From Candidatus Latescibacterota bacterium (lineage in GTDB: Bacteria; Latescibacterota; UBA2968; GCA-2709665): DNA of 64,000 bases. The notes beneath the pieces are model-generated. The model did no database searches and was not told the DNA's origin. It saw nothing but the letters and a program-made list of their open reading frames with translations. The DNA lies in the NCBI GenBank assembly GCA_965116875.1, contig OZ220733.1, forward strand, positions 1,376,001-1,440,000, read 5' to 3'. The translations under genes were made by a program, and so were the position numbers. Of this stretch, positions 1 to 11,324 are shown piece by piece; position 1 is the stretch's first letter, and each line of letters opens with the position of its first letter.

Positions 1-186
1 ATGTTCCTCGTTTCCGTCTTCTCGTTCCGGGTGGTCGTCGAATTCGTCAAAGTCCGTCAGGCCGCTTACGGCCACGGCTTCCCTCTCAGCGTGGGACAAT
101 GGCTCAGCATCCCCCTTGTCATCCTGGGCATCGTCCTGCTCGTCAACGCTTCACGAAAAAATCGCTCGTCAGCCTCGACGACGTAA
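1..186 (+). CDS. lgt: Prolipoprotein diacylglyceryl transferase, C-terminal part (truncated by window edge)
   Basis: FRVVVEFVK...LSVGQWLSIPLVILG matches the Lgt C-terminal 'RFxxEFxR...xGQxLS' pattern. Confidence 0.8.
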   Translation: MFLVSVFSFRVVVEFVKVRQAAYGHGFPLSVGQWLSIPLVILGIVLLVNASRKNRSSASTT

Positions 187-240
187 GTACGGAGAGGCAG
201 ACACGGCTGTTCCCATAAAAACACAGAAAGGCGGGATCCC

Positions 241-996
241 ATGAACTCGTATGCGGCCGTTGCCGGCGCACTGCAGGAATCACTCAACCTCGTACTCCCT
301 CCCATTGCCGTCTGCATATCGGACGATGTACCCGAGGGTGTGCCCGACTACGACGGTCGGGCGCCCGCCGGCTGCCTGTTCTGGCAGGAAGCGGCGAAGG
401 GGCCCTTTACCACGCGGACCACGCACCACGAACTGTGCGCCATCGGCGTTCATACACACCATATGGCCAACCCTCCCGATTCGTACGAAGCGGAACTGGG
501 CAACGTCCTGAAAACAATGGCGGGCATGGATTACGTTCGTGAGCAGGACGTCCTCGAGATCCCGGTGCTGGAGAACGAAACCAGATGTGTAATTTACGCC
601 CCGCTGGATAAAACGCCACTCGAACCGACCGTGGTTCTGCTCTTCGCGCATTCCGCGCAGAGCCTGATCATTACCGAAGCCGTCCAGCAGGTGGAACCCG
701 CCGTTCCTCCCGCAATGGGCAGACCGGCGTGCGCCGTGGTTCCCCAGGCCGTAGGAACAGGAAGAGCCGCGCTCAGCCTGGGATGCTGTGGCGCGCGGGC
801 ATACCTGGATACCCTCACGGATGACGTTGCGATATGGGCGCTTCCCGGCAACAAGTTGAACCAGTACGCAGCACGCATCGACATTCTTGCCAGAGCCAAC
901 GCCGTTTTGGGCGAATTCCATTCCCTGCGTAGAAAAGACGTCGAAGCAGGTCTTGAACCCACGGTTGCAGAGTCTCTAGCCAGGCTGGAAAACTGA
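241..996 (+). CDS. DUF169-family protein (Cys-rich)
   Basis: 251 aa ORF; GCLFWQEA, ELCAIG, RPACA, SLGCCGAR motifs typical of DUF169. Confidence 0.7.
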   Translation: MNSYAAVAGALQESLNLVLPPIAVCISDDVPEGVPDYDGRAPAGCLFWQEAAKGPFTTRTTHHELCAIGVHTHHMANPPDSYEAELGNVLKTMAGMDYVREQDVLEIPVLENETRCVIYAPLDKTPLEPTVVLLFAHSAQSLIITEAVQQVEPAVPPAMGRPACAVVPQAVGTGRAALSLGCCGARAYLDTLTDDVAIWALPGNKLNQYAARIDILARANAVLGEFHSLRRKDVEAGLEPTVAESLARLEN

Positions 997-1002
997 CTCT
1001 TG

Positions 1003-1043
1003 GAAACTGTCTTAAAATTCCCAGCGGTCTTCGCACGGCTGCA
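1003..1043 (+). repeat. Truncated left end of MITE family B
   Basis: gaaactgtcttaaaattcccagcggtcttcgcacggctgca is near-identical to 35935-35975. Confidence 0.75.
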
Positions 1044-1117
1044 TCGTATATTAATAAGCTGTCCTAAAGAAAACGCGGCCGTCCGCATACCCATCTTCAC
1101 ATCAGCCGGAATCCTCG

Positions 1118-1840
1118 ATGCGTGCCACTTCAAAAGAACAGACTCTGGACCTGCGTGAAAAAGGCAAACCCATTAACGGACAGATTCAGGCCAGCAACCG
1201 ACGGCTCTTCATGCAGTTGCACGTCTATGAAAACTGCCCGCGCACGGACACGCTTGCGGACGCGCTTTGCGAATCCGGGGTCGACGCCGTCCTTTACGTG
1301 GACCTGAACGACCCGTCCGGCGTTGGCATTCTTACGCTGTCCGAATCTCCCGATGCGTTCACGGGGGAAATCCGCACATTGCTGAACGCCCCCCCGTTCA
1401 CCGGACTTCGACGCATTCCCGACCTCACCATGTTCGGAAGAACCTATGCTCACGGATACGAGCCCGATCTTGAAGAAACATTGTTGCAAAAGCCTCGCCG
1501 TAAGGTCCTTAACCCGGAATGGCCGTGGGCCGTATGGTATCCGTTGCGCCGCAAGCCCGAGTTCGGACAGCTTTCTGGCGAGGATCTGCGCGGGATTCTG
1601 GGTGAACATGCCAGAATCGGGCGGGCCTACGCCGAGGCAGGTTTTGCCCAGGACATCCGCCTGGCCTGTTATGGCCTGGACCGCAACGACAACGACTTCG
1701 TCATCGGACTGCTGGGGCCCGAGTTGCACCCGCTCTCGCACGTTGTGCAGGAAATGCGAAAAACCCGGCAGACCGCGCAATACGTGCAATCTCTCGGGCC
1801 GTTTTTCGTTGGCAAAGCCGTCTGGCAGTCGCCTCTCTAA
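1118..1840 (+). CDS. Chlorite dismutase/HemQ-superfamily heme protein
   Basis: WYPLRRKPEF..L..E...ILGEHARIG and YGLD..D.DFVIG...EMRK...GPFFVG are Cld/HemQ C-terminal domain motifs. Confidence 0.75.
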   Translation: MRATSKEQTLDLREKGKPINGQIQASNRRLFMQLHVYENCPRTDTLADALCESGVDAVLYVDLNDPSGVGILTLSESPDAFTGEIRTLLNAPPFTGLRRIPDLTMFGRTYAHGYEPDLEETLLQKPRRKVLNPEWPWAVWYPLRRKPEFGQLSGEDLRGILGEHARIGRAYAEAGFAQDIRLACYGLDRNDNDFVIGLLGPELHPLSHVVQEMRKTRQTAQYVQSLGPFFVGKAVWQSPL

Positions 1841-2000
1841 CAGCCCGTTGAAAAAGTCCATCCGGGCTGCGGCCGGCCCTTGCGGTCGAAATACTGCGTT
1901 GCGCTCCCTCGCCGAATCGAAGGATGGGACTCGGTCGCGCGCCTTGTCTTCGACCACAATGGCTCGGCCTCGCCTGCAGAGCGACTTTATCAACGGACTG
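1841..2000 (+). mobile_element. MITE family A, full 160-bp copy
   Basis: Terminal IRs cagcccgttgaaaaagtc / gactttatcaacggactg; flanked both sides by CTAA (1837-1840, 2001-2004); near-identical copies at 27491 and 36689. Confidence 0.85.
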
Positions 2001-2052
2001 CTAACGCCTGGGAAGAAGGACAGCCAGGTTACCCGATATACGGGACGCGCCA

Positions 2053-3306
2053 ATGATTCGTAAAGTCGAAGCCCTCCGCTACGGCTGTCTGCGCTTCATC
2101 AGCCGACCGCTGGATGCGTTCCACATTCTGGTTGGACCGAATGCGAGCGGAAAGACGACACTTCTGGACGCCATCGCCTTTCTCGGCGACCTCGTTTCCA
2201 ACGGCCTGGAGGAGGCCGTTGGAAAACGCGCCGCGGATCTGCGGGATCTGGTCTGGCGCCGCACGTTCGACCCCTTCGAAATCGCCATCGAACTGAGCAT
2301 ACCGTCGCAGAAGGCAGACCTCTTCGAAAACCGGCAATACGTTCGATGCCGGTACGAAGTCACCATCGGGACGACACCCGATACCAATGAGACCGCCATT
2401 CTCGCCGAGCGTGTTCTGCTTCTTCCGGACGATTCCCGGAGAGACCCGGTGTGCGAACAGCAGACGCTCTTCCCCATGGACCGCCCCATGCCGGACACGC
2501 TCGCCCTGCCCCGCATCAGGGGCGCCCGGACCATCGTACACAAGGTTCACGGGAGCAACGACAACTTCTATTACGAAACCGGCACCGGATGGGACCACTC
2601 GTTCAGGCTGGGTCCCCGGCGGTCCGCTCTGGCCAATCTGCCCGAAGACGAAACCCGATATCCGGTAGCGACCTGGCTGAAGGGTATACTCAACAACGGA
2701 ATCCAGCGCCTGATACTGAACAGCGCCACCATGCGCCGTCCCAGCCCGCCCGGTCTTCCCGCCGCGTTTCAGCCCGACGGTTCCAATCTGCCCTGGGTCA
2801 TCTCCTCGCTGCAGTCCGGTGCGCCCGATCGATTCGCGGCCTGGGTCAGGTGCCTGGAATCTGTCCTGCCCGACCTGAAATCCATCCGCACGGTGGAACG
2901 ACCTGAAGACCGCCACTGTTATCTGGTTTACCAGGACCGAAACGGACTGGAAGCGCCCTCCTGGAAGATTTCAGACGGAACCCTCCGCCTTATGGCGCTT
3001 ACTCTCCCGGCATACCTGCCTGAGTTCGGAGGCGCTTATCTCGTTGAAGAGCCTGAAAACGGAATCCATCCCCGGGCCGTCGAAACGGTTTTCAGGGCAC
3101 TCTCGTCCATTGAAGGCGCGCAGATCCTCGTAACCACGCACTCGCCCGTCATTGTGAGCCTGGCGGAAGGCAGTCAGGTCATCTGCTTTTCCAGGACCGA
3201 AACCGGCGCCACCGACGTCGTCCTCAGCACCGAAAACCCCGCGTTGCGCGAATGGCAGGGTGAAACCGATCTGGGTTCGCTGTTTGCCGACGGGGTATTG
3301 GGATAG
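2053..3306 (+). CDS. AAA_21/AAA_15 (ABC-like) ATPase, defence-associated type
   Basis: Walker A GPNASGKT, signature-like SDGTLR, Walker B LVEEPENGIHP, H-loop TTHSP. Confidence 0.8.
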   Translation: MIRKVEALRYGCLRFISRPLDAFHILVGPNASGKTTLLDAIAFLGDLVSNGLEEAVGKRAADLRDLVWRRTFDPFEIAIELSIPSQKADLFENRQYVRCRYEVTIGTTPDTNETAILAERVLLLPDDSRRDPVCEQQTLFPMDRPMPDTLALPRIRGARTIVHKVHGSNDNFYYETGTGWDHSFRLGPRRSALANLPEDETRYPVATWLKGILNNGIQRLILNSATMRRPSPPGLPAAFQPDGSNLPWVISSLQSGAPDRFAAWVRCLESVLPDLKSIRTVERPEDRHCYLVYQDRNGLEAPSWKISDGTLRLMALTLPAYLPEFGGAYLVEEPENGIHPRAVETVFRALSSIEGAQILVTTHSPVIVSLAEGSQVICFSRTETGATDVVLSTENPALREWQGETDLGSLFADGVLG

Positions 3307-3367
3307 AACCGGGCCGGTCGCAGCGAGGCGTCCGCTCGAAACGCCGCAGAACGTGGGGACGTTCCTC

Positions 3368-4537
3368 ATGATTGAACTCGCTCTGAAATACGGATGCAAC
3401 CCGCACCAGAAACCCGCAAGAATATTCAACCGCCACGGCCCGCTTCCCTTCAGCGTCCTCAACGGAGCGCCCGGCTACATCAATCTGCTCGATGCGCTCA
3501 ACTCCTGGCAGCTCGTGAAGGAACTGAGGGAGACGCTCGACACACCCGCCGCTGCTTCATTCAAACACGTCAGTCCCGCGGGCGCCGCCGTAGGTGTGCC
3601 GCTGAACGACGATCTGAAGAAGGCATATTTTGTCGAGGGCATGGACCTTTCGCCCCTGGCCGTCGCGTACGCCCGCGCCAGGGGCGCCGACCGGCTTTCG
3701 TCGTATGGGGATTGGGCGGCCCTGAGCGACCCGGTTGACGTCCCCACGGCCAGGCTCCTTCGCCGCGAGGTATCCGATGGCGTCATTGCGCCGGGCTATC
3801 ATCCGGAAGCGCTGGATATTCTGAAAAAGAAAAAAGGCGGCGCCTACCCCGTCCTTCAAGTCGATCCCGATTACAAGCCCGTGGAAACGGAGTGTCGGGA
3901 GGTATTCGGACTCACCTTTGAGCAGCAATGCAACGACCTGATCGCCGGCCCCGATTTGCTCGGGAACGTCGTTACCCGGAGAAAGGAAATCCCCCCGGAC
4001 AAAGCCAGGGATCTGCTCGTGGCCACGATAACGCTGAAGTTCACCCAGTCGAACTCCATCTGCTTTGCATTGCAGGGCCAGGCCATCGGCGTGGGCGCCG
4101 GGCAGCAGAATCGCCTTGCGTGTACGGATATTGCCGCTCGCAAAGCCGAAGCCTGGTTTCTGCGCCAGCACCCCGACGTACTGGATCTGGATTTCAGAAA
4201 GGGCGCGAGGCGGCCTGAGAAGATAAACGCCATCGAACTGTATCTCAAAGGAGACATGACTCCCGAAGAAAAACGCGCCTGGCGCGGTTCGTTCCGCAAG
4301 GCGCCGCCGCCCTTCGGCGATGCGCCCAGAAGGGAATGGCTGCGGCGTCTCGGGGGTGTGACACTGGGCTCCGACGCGTATATCCCCTTCCGCGACAACA
4401 TCGACCGCGCGGCCCGTTCCGGCGTGGAATACGTTATCCAGACCGGCGGTTCCGTACAGGACGATGCCGTGACCGCGGCCGCCGATGAATACGGCATGGT
4501 CATGGTCAATACCGGGATCAGGCTCTTTCATCATTAG
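3368..4537 (+). CDS. purH: AICAR transformylase (PurH-like, lacking the N-terminal IMP cyclohydrolase domain)
   Basis: LKYGCNPHQ, SFKHVSPAGAA, EVSDGVIAPGY, TQSNS, GAGQQNR, SDAYIPFRDNI, GIRLFHH; start placed at ATG 3368. Confidence 0.88.
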   Translation: MIELALKYGCNPHQKPARIFNRHGPLPFSVLNGAPGYINLLDALNSWQLVKELRETLDTPAAASFKHVSPAGAAVGVPLNDDLKKAYFVEGMDLSPLAVAYARARGADRLSSYGDWAALSDPVDVPTARLLRREVSDGVIAPGYHPEALDILKKKKGGAYPVLQVDPDYKPVETECREVFGLTFEQQCNDLIAGPDLLGNVVTRRKEIPPDKARDLLVATITLKFTQSNSICFALQGQAIGVGAGQQNRLACTDIAARKAEAWFLRQHPDVLDLDFRKGARRPEKINAIELYLKGDMTPEEKRAWRGSFRKAPPPFGDAPRREWLRRLGGVTLGSDAYIPFRDNIDRAARSGVEYVIQTGGSVQDDAVTAAADEYGMVMVNTGIRLFHH

Positions 4538-4672
4538 ATCGGTGAAAAGCAGCAAAAACAGCTATCAGCTTGAATCAAGAACAAAAGACAAACAGCAAAG
4601 AACAGCAGACGGAACTACCGCGAATCCATCGAGTTGATCTACCGGAAATTCCTTTCGCCCGTTCGGTTGTGA

Positions 4673-4834
4673 GAAGCCGTTTTAAAATTACCGGTGAGTT
4701 CCCGAGCGCGAGCGAAAAAGTGGCGGTCAAGGCGGGAAAACCCGCCCATATTTGTCTATACGGGTGGGTTTGACCAACGCTGACCGTCGCTTTTGCAGCC
4801 GCGCGAAGACCGCTGGGAATTTTAAGACGGCTTC
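4673..4834 (-). mobile_element. MITE family B, full 162-bp copy
   Basis: Terminal IRs gaagccgttttaaaatt / aattttaagacggcttc; TGA on both flanks; reverse complement of 35935-36096. Confidence 0.85.
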
Positions 4835-4957
4835 TGAGGATGGGGCTGTTGTTCGCGGAGAATTGTATCTATTTCCTGGTGCCTGACGGAAACCAGTCTA
4901 TCCGAAGGCGACTTCATCGTACAACGACAATGTGTCGCAAAATGCGACGATTTTTCA

Positions 4958-4986
4958 TTGACCGCAGCGCGAACCCACGTTATATT
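4958..4986 (+). promoter_or_regulatory. Sigma70-type promoter upstream of the sigma factor gene
   Basis: TTGACC-N17-TATATT. Confidence 0.6.
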
Positions 4987-5129
4987 AACCGCTCGACACG
5001 GTTGTTTCTTCGGTGGTTATAGACGCGGCCCATTCGTGGTCTCCGGGCGTCGAAAACCATCGACAGGCTTCCTGGTGAACAAACGGGTGTACCTGAGGCA
5101 CACACCATCGCATATGGAGATTTGGGGAC

Positions 5130-5957
5130 ATGAAAGCCAGGATTTCGCACAGCGACGCGGACATCTATCTGCGCGATATCCGAAAATTCACGCCGCTGAG
5201 CAAAGAAGACGAAGCGGACGTGATCGCGGACGCTCAGAGGGGTAACCGCAGAGCCCTCGATCGTCTCATCACCGCCAACCTGCGATTCGTGGTCCGAATC
5301 GCCAGGGAATACAGCGGACGGGGACTTCCGCTGTCCGACCTGATTGCGGAGGGCAATCTGGGCCTGATTCGAGCCACGCGGACATTCGATCTGGCACGCG
5401 GGCACAAATTCATCACGTACGCGGTCTGGTGGATCCGTCAGGCCATCCTGTCCGCGCTCAACCGGTGTGTACATCCGGTTGTGTTCCCTGTAAATCAAAT
5501 CGACGACCTTGACGTGATCAACAGGGCCAAAAACGCCCTTTCGCAGTCGCTGGGCCGGATTCCCGACCTGGGCGAACTGGTTGAAAAGACCGGCATGCCC
5601 CTCAGGAGGCTGCGCCGCGCCCTCGAAGCCAACCGAACCACCGTGTCTCTCGACAGTCCCACGCATGACGGTTCCTCGGGAGTATACGCCGATACACTGC
5701 CGGCGCAGGACGCCCGGCCGGACGAGCAGTTTGAGGATGCCCGGATCAAGAAGCTGCTCAGGGAATGCCTGAACCGGCTGCCCCAGCGCGAAGCGAGGAT
5801 ATTGAGTCTGTATTTCGGCCTGGACTCGGATAAACCGGAGCCACTCGAGCGTATCGGGAAACGCCTGCAGATCAGCCGGGAGCGGGTGCGGCAACTCAAA
5901 GACAGGGCGCTTGGCAGACTTCGGCTCAATTTTGCGCAGGAAAAAATGATTTCGTAG
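5130..5957 (+). CDS. RpoD/RpoS-family sigma-70 factor without region 1.1
   Basis: [53 protein letters not shown]. Confidence 0.92.
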   Translation: MKARISHSDADIYLRDIRKFTPLSKEDEADVIADAQRGNRRALDRLITANLRFVVRIAREYSGRGLPLSDLIAEGNLGLIRATRTFDLARGHKFITYAVWWIRQAILSALNRCVHPVVFPVNQIDDLDVINRAKNALSQSLGRIPDLGELVEKTGMPLRRLRRALEANRTTVSLDSPTHDGSSGVYADTLPAQDARPDEQFEDARIKKLLRECLNRLPQREARILSLYFGLDSDKPEPLERIGKRLQISRERVRQLKDRALGRLRLNFAQEKMIS

Positions 5958-5974
5958 ACATGAGAGAAGCAGCA

Positions 5975-6023
5975 CGTACAGACAAAGCGGGCGGCCTGCA
6001 TGGCCGCCCGCTTTGTCTGTACG
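5975..6023. terminator. Perfect 22-bp hairpin between convergent genes (probable bidirectional terminator)
   Basis: cgtacagacaaagcgggcggcc-tgcat-ggccgcccgctttgtctgtacg. Confidence 0.75.
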
Positions 6024-6055
6024 GAATCCAACCGCTTACTCTCGCTGAATCCGGC

Positions 6056-7222
6056 TCATTTCTTTTGCTGTTTCAACAACTGAATCTCCCGCTGGAGACG
6101 AAGGAACTCCCGATACAGGACCTGGTTGCCTTCCTGCATGGATAGCTGCGACGTGACTGAAAACGCGTCATAGCCGGCCGCTGGAAATTGACCCGGCTCA
6201 ACCGTGAGTTTGCCCACCTCGACGCGCGGGGTGTCCGGTTGTTCACCTCGTTTGATCTTCATCCTGACCTCGGTTCCGGGAGTTGTGGAAAGGACCAGAC
6301 TCTGTAGATGCTCGGCGCTTTGAATCTGCTGCTCCTGGAACGAAATGATCAGATCCCCCCGTACGATCCCGCTGCTCGCCGCGGGGCCGTTCGGCGCAAT
6401 GCTATCGACCCGCACACCATGATAATCGGGATGGTACTCTCCGGTTACGCCCAGCCATCCGTATACCGTCTGTGAACCGTCCAGAAGGCGTTGGGCAACA
6501 CGAATTGCGCGATTGACAGGTACTACGAATACGAAGTTTGTCTCCTGCATCATTCGGGCGTCCGGAGTCCCTTCGGGAAGAATGCCGGACCATGGATCGA
6601 GCAGCGCCCAGACCAGGCCAAGAATCTTACCAGTACTGCAGAATACCGGTGCGCCGCCAAAACTGAGTTGTACAGGCGCCGCAACGTGTATCAGATCCTG
6701 CGCGCGGTCAACCTTGTAAACAACACCAAACGAAGGCGTCAGGTTTCCGAAACTGTTGCCCAGGATAAACGCATAGTGGCCCATGCGGACCCTGTCGGAA
6801 TCGCCGATTGCAATCGGCTCCAGGCCCTCTGCTTCAACGCGGATTACCGCCACCTCGGATACCGGATCCGATGCGACGAAACGGGCAGGGAGACGACGTC
6901 CCGTATCCAGGGTCACCCAGATTTCCTCGGCATCTTTTACGGCACGATGGACGGTTACAATGGTGCCCCTGCTATCCAGGATGAATCCGGTGCCGTGCAT
7001 GAATCCCTTGCCGTACTGAAGCCCCTCCACGGCCCCTGTCTGGGTATGGCTGGCATGAATGCGGACAACGCCTGCCCGGTTCTTTTCCAGAATTTCGGCT
7101 CTTTCTTCTTCAATTCCCTTGAGTACGCTGCCTGGGCGACAATACGCCGCACCCGGAACGGACAACAGTATTCCCACTACTATGGGAAGCGTCCACAGCA
7201 TGTTAAACCGTTTTGCTTTCAT
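6056..7222 (-). CDS. HtrA/DegP-like trypsin-fold + PDZ protein with signal peptide; catalytic triad appears degenerate
   Basis: GTGFILD, IGDSDRVRMG..LGNSFG, FVVPVN, YGWLGV, PDZ GPAASSGIVRGDLII; start placed at MKAKRF (ATG 7222). Confidence 0.8.
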   Translation of the reverse strand: MKAKRFNMLWTLPIVVGILLSVPGAAYCRPGSVLKGIEEERAEILEKNRAGVVRIHASHTQTGAVEGLQYGKGFMHGTGFILDSRGTIVTVHRAVKDAEEIWVTLDTGRRLPARFVASDPVSEVAVIRVEAEGLEPIAIGDSDRVRMGHYAFILGNSFGNLTPSFGVVYKVDRAQDLIHVAAPVQLSFGGAPVFCSTGKILGLVWALLDPWSGILPEGTPDARMMQETNFVFVVPVNRAIRVAQRLLDGSQTVYGWLGVTGEYHPDYHGVRVDSIAPNGPAASSGIVRGDLIISFQEQQIQSAEHLQSLVLSTTPGTEVRMKIKRGEQPDTPRVEVGKLTVEPGQFPAAGYDAFSVTSQLSMQEGNQVLYREFLRLQREIQLLKQQKK

Positions 7223-7257
7223 TGTTCTCGTAGGCTTTCTCTCTCCCGCAATATTCA

Positions 7258-7860
7258 CTAAAAAGAAACCCGGCGCACGTTGGCCATGCGCCGGCCCGGC
7301 CGCACGCGGACCATCGACGCCGCCTTTGCGGAATCCGCCCGTCCGGCCCGATAGGCCTGGTGCGAAACCGGATAGGACGGTTTCCGGGGCAGCATTTTCA
7401 GCGCCCCGCGCAGGTCCGCGGCAGGAAACGTCGATGAAGCCGGCGCAACCAGCGTCATCTGATGTACACGGTCCGTGTTGACCGGGCGTGTTGTCAACGC
7501 CTCGTCCAGCCCCGAGGTCATGCCCAGCGCGATCAGCACGACTGCCGCGCACGTTGCCAGCGCCCTTGGCAGAGTTGGGACAAACACGTCCGGCAGCCGG
7601 TTCCAGAACGAAGTCTTTTGCGCCGCTTCCATCATCAGGCGGCTGCGAAGCGCAAAATCGAATCCTGCGGACGGCCGTACACGCGACATCCGCGCCAACC
7701 GCCCCGTAAGGTTCCTGACCCCTTCCAGCGAACCGGCGCAGGTGGAGCATTCTACCATGTGGCGATCCATCTGCGCCTTCTTTGCGCCTGCTATCTCGTC
7801 TTCGAGATAGGCCGATAATCGGGCCGCAAACTCGCCGCAAGTGATGTGACCCTTACCCAT
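7258..7860 (-). CDS. Anti-sigma factor with zf-HC2 zinc finger and one TM helix
   Basis: C..F..RLSAYLEDE.......HMVECSTC motif; hydrophobic ALATCAAVVLIALGM; directly after an ECF sigma. Confidence 0.85.
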   Translation of the reverse strand: MGKGHITCGEFAARLSAYLEDEIAGAKKAQMDRHMVECSTCAGSLEGVRNLTGRLARMSRVRPSAGFDFALRSRLMMEAAQKTSFWNRLPDVFVPTLPRALATCAAVVLIALGMTSGLDEALTTRPVNTDRVHQMTLVAPASSTFPAADLRGALKMLPRKPSYPVSHQAYRAGRADSAKAASMVRVRPGRRMANVRRVSF

Positions 7861-7927
7861 GAATCTCCTCCGTTGGTCCCATATCTATTTCGCATTCCCG
7901 TGTGATCGGGAAGACGGCGTAACGCTG

Positions 7928-8533
7928 TCAGATCGCCAGCCCCACGTCTCTTCCCTCATTCTTCAGCTTCTGCTGCAGTTTCAGACGGGCCCTGTTCACC
8001 CGAGACTTGACCGTACCCACCGGACACCGGCTGATCTCTGCAATCTCTTGATAGGACAGCCCTTCAACGTCTCGAAGCAGGATGACCTGCCGGTAGTTTT
8101 CCGACAGCGACATGATCGCCTGATGAATCTGTACATCCGCGATAGAGGATTCCGTAATTTTATCGGGCCGGTAGGACTCGTCCGGCAGTTCCAGCCCCGT
8201 ATCGCTCTCCTCATCCCGGTGAAGCGGAAACAGCCGCCAGCGTTTACGACGCCTTAACTCGCTTTTTGCCAGGTTGCCGGCAATTGTAAACAGCCAGGTG
8301 GAGAAATTCGCGATTGCCCGATATTCATTCCGCTTTCTGTAAGCCCTGAGAAATGCCTCCTGAACGATATCCTCGGCTGTTTCCCTGTCTCCGACAAATC
8401 GGAAGACGAAGTTGTAAAGCCTTCCTCTGTAACGATTTACAATCTTTCCATAAGCTTCGATGTCGCCGTTGGCAACCTCAGTCAGAATATCGACATCCGA
8501 CGCTGCTCCGTTTTCCGTGTTCACCATGAGCAT
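7928..8533 (-). CDS. ECF RNA polymerase sigma factor (RpoE-like)
   Basis: AEDIVQEAFLRAY, FSTWLFTIAGN, GLSYQEIAE..CPVGTVKSRVNRAR. Confidence 0.92.
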   Translation of the reverse strand: MLMVNTENGAASDVDILTEVANGDIEAYGKIVNRYRGRLYNFVFRFVGDRETAEDIVQEAFLRAYRKRNEYRAIANFSTWLFTIAGNLAKSELRRRKRWRLFPLHRDEESDTGLELPDESYRPDKITESSIADVQIHQAIMSLSENYRQVILLRDVEGLSYQEIAEISRCPVGTVKSRVNRARLKLQQKLKNEGRDVGLAI

Positions 8534-8614
8534 GGTCTTTCCCCCCTTTCACCTGCTACATCCTCGGGAATGGGGCATACAAAACCCGCAATCCGGACAA
8601 CCTCCTTACGCCAT

Positions 8615-8641
8615 TTAACACTCAGGATCAGGAAAAGTTCC
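8615..8641 (-). promoter_or_regulatory. Possible ECF autoregulatory promoter
   Basis: Minus strand GGAACTT-N15-GTTAA about 80 nt upstream of the ECF gene; GAACTT is the sigmaE-type -35. Confidence 0.45.
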
Positions 8642-8695
8642 CGAAAAGCGAGAAATCAGCTAACCGTAACCACGCTTTCGAACCGGTTTCTCCGC

Positions 8696-8723
8696 TTGAC
8701 ATCCGCTTTGGATGTGGTATAAT
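8696..8723 (+). promoter_or_regulatory. Consensus sigma70 promoter with an internal palindrome
   Basis: TTGACA-N16-TATAAT with TG extended -10; acatcc-gcttt-ggatgt inverted repeat over the spacer. Confidence 0.7.
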
Positions 8724-9229
8724 TATAGCCGCTCCATCCGGGAATTGCAAGACCTGCTTTTAGATGCCGTCTTAAAATTTATAGCGTCGAGCCTGCCGTT
8801 TCAACCGTTTAACCTCAAGTTCGAAAGAAGACAATAGTCAAATCGGCCATAAAGAGCCTGAATGCGGGTAGAGGGTAGACGAAATGCGGGGAGACGGTAG
8901 AGGTGAGAAAATCGGGTAGACCCAAGACGGGAGAAGATATCTTTGCCCGATACAATATTCCTTCTTGCCTCCGGCAAAAAAGGAATCCTCAAAAGGCAGG
9001 CAATCTCTCCCGTCTAACGTCTTCCTTCTCACCAGGTGGTAGGGTGGGGTGTGGTTCTCTCCCCTCTCCCTTCTCGCGTCTACCCGCTTCTGGGGGGCCG
9101 GGGGGAGAGGTCCTATTCACGTACAGCGACCTGGTGTATCCTGGGTATCCGCCGTCCAATCGCCTTTATTCACTTGCACAACTTTGAATTAACGCTCACG
9201 AAAACTTACGAATCAAGGTTACATTCCGA

Positions 9230-11245
<2,016 letters not shown>

Positions 11246-11270
11246 CGGCCCGGATCAATTGTGCTAAGTC

Positions 11271-11296
11271 AAGAGGGAGCCTTCCGGCTCCCTCTT
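11271..11296 (+). terminator. Hairpin after acs
   Basis: aagagggagcc-ttcc-ggctccctctt. Confidence 0.55.
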
Positions 11297-11324
11297 GGCG
11301 TTTATACAGGAAAGGTCCCGCCCG

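Noticed and set aside
1841-2000. Repeats A and B as a CRISPR array or tRNA/ncRNA genes
   Set aside because: Copies are dispersed with terminal IRs and target duplications, have no spacers or cas genes, and show no cloverleaf.
4570-4773. 67-aa ORF after purH
   Set aside because: Made of an A-rich low-complexity tract running into MITE B; no RBS or motif.
6056-7840. 594-aa version of the HtrA-like ORF
   Set aside because: The extra N-terminal ~205 codons overlap the anti-sigma gene in another frame; a signal peptide starts at ATG 7222.
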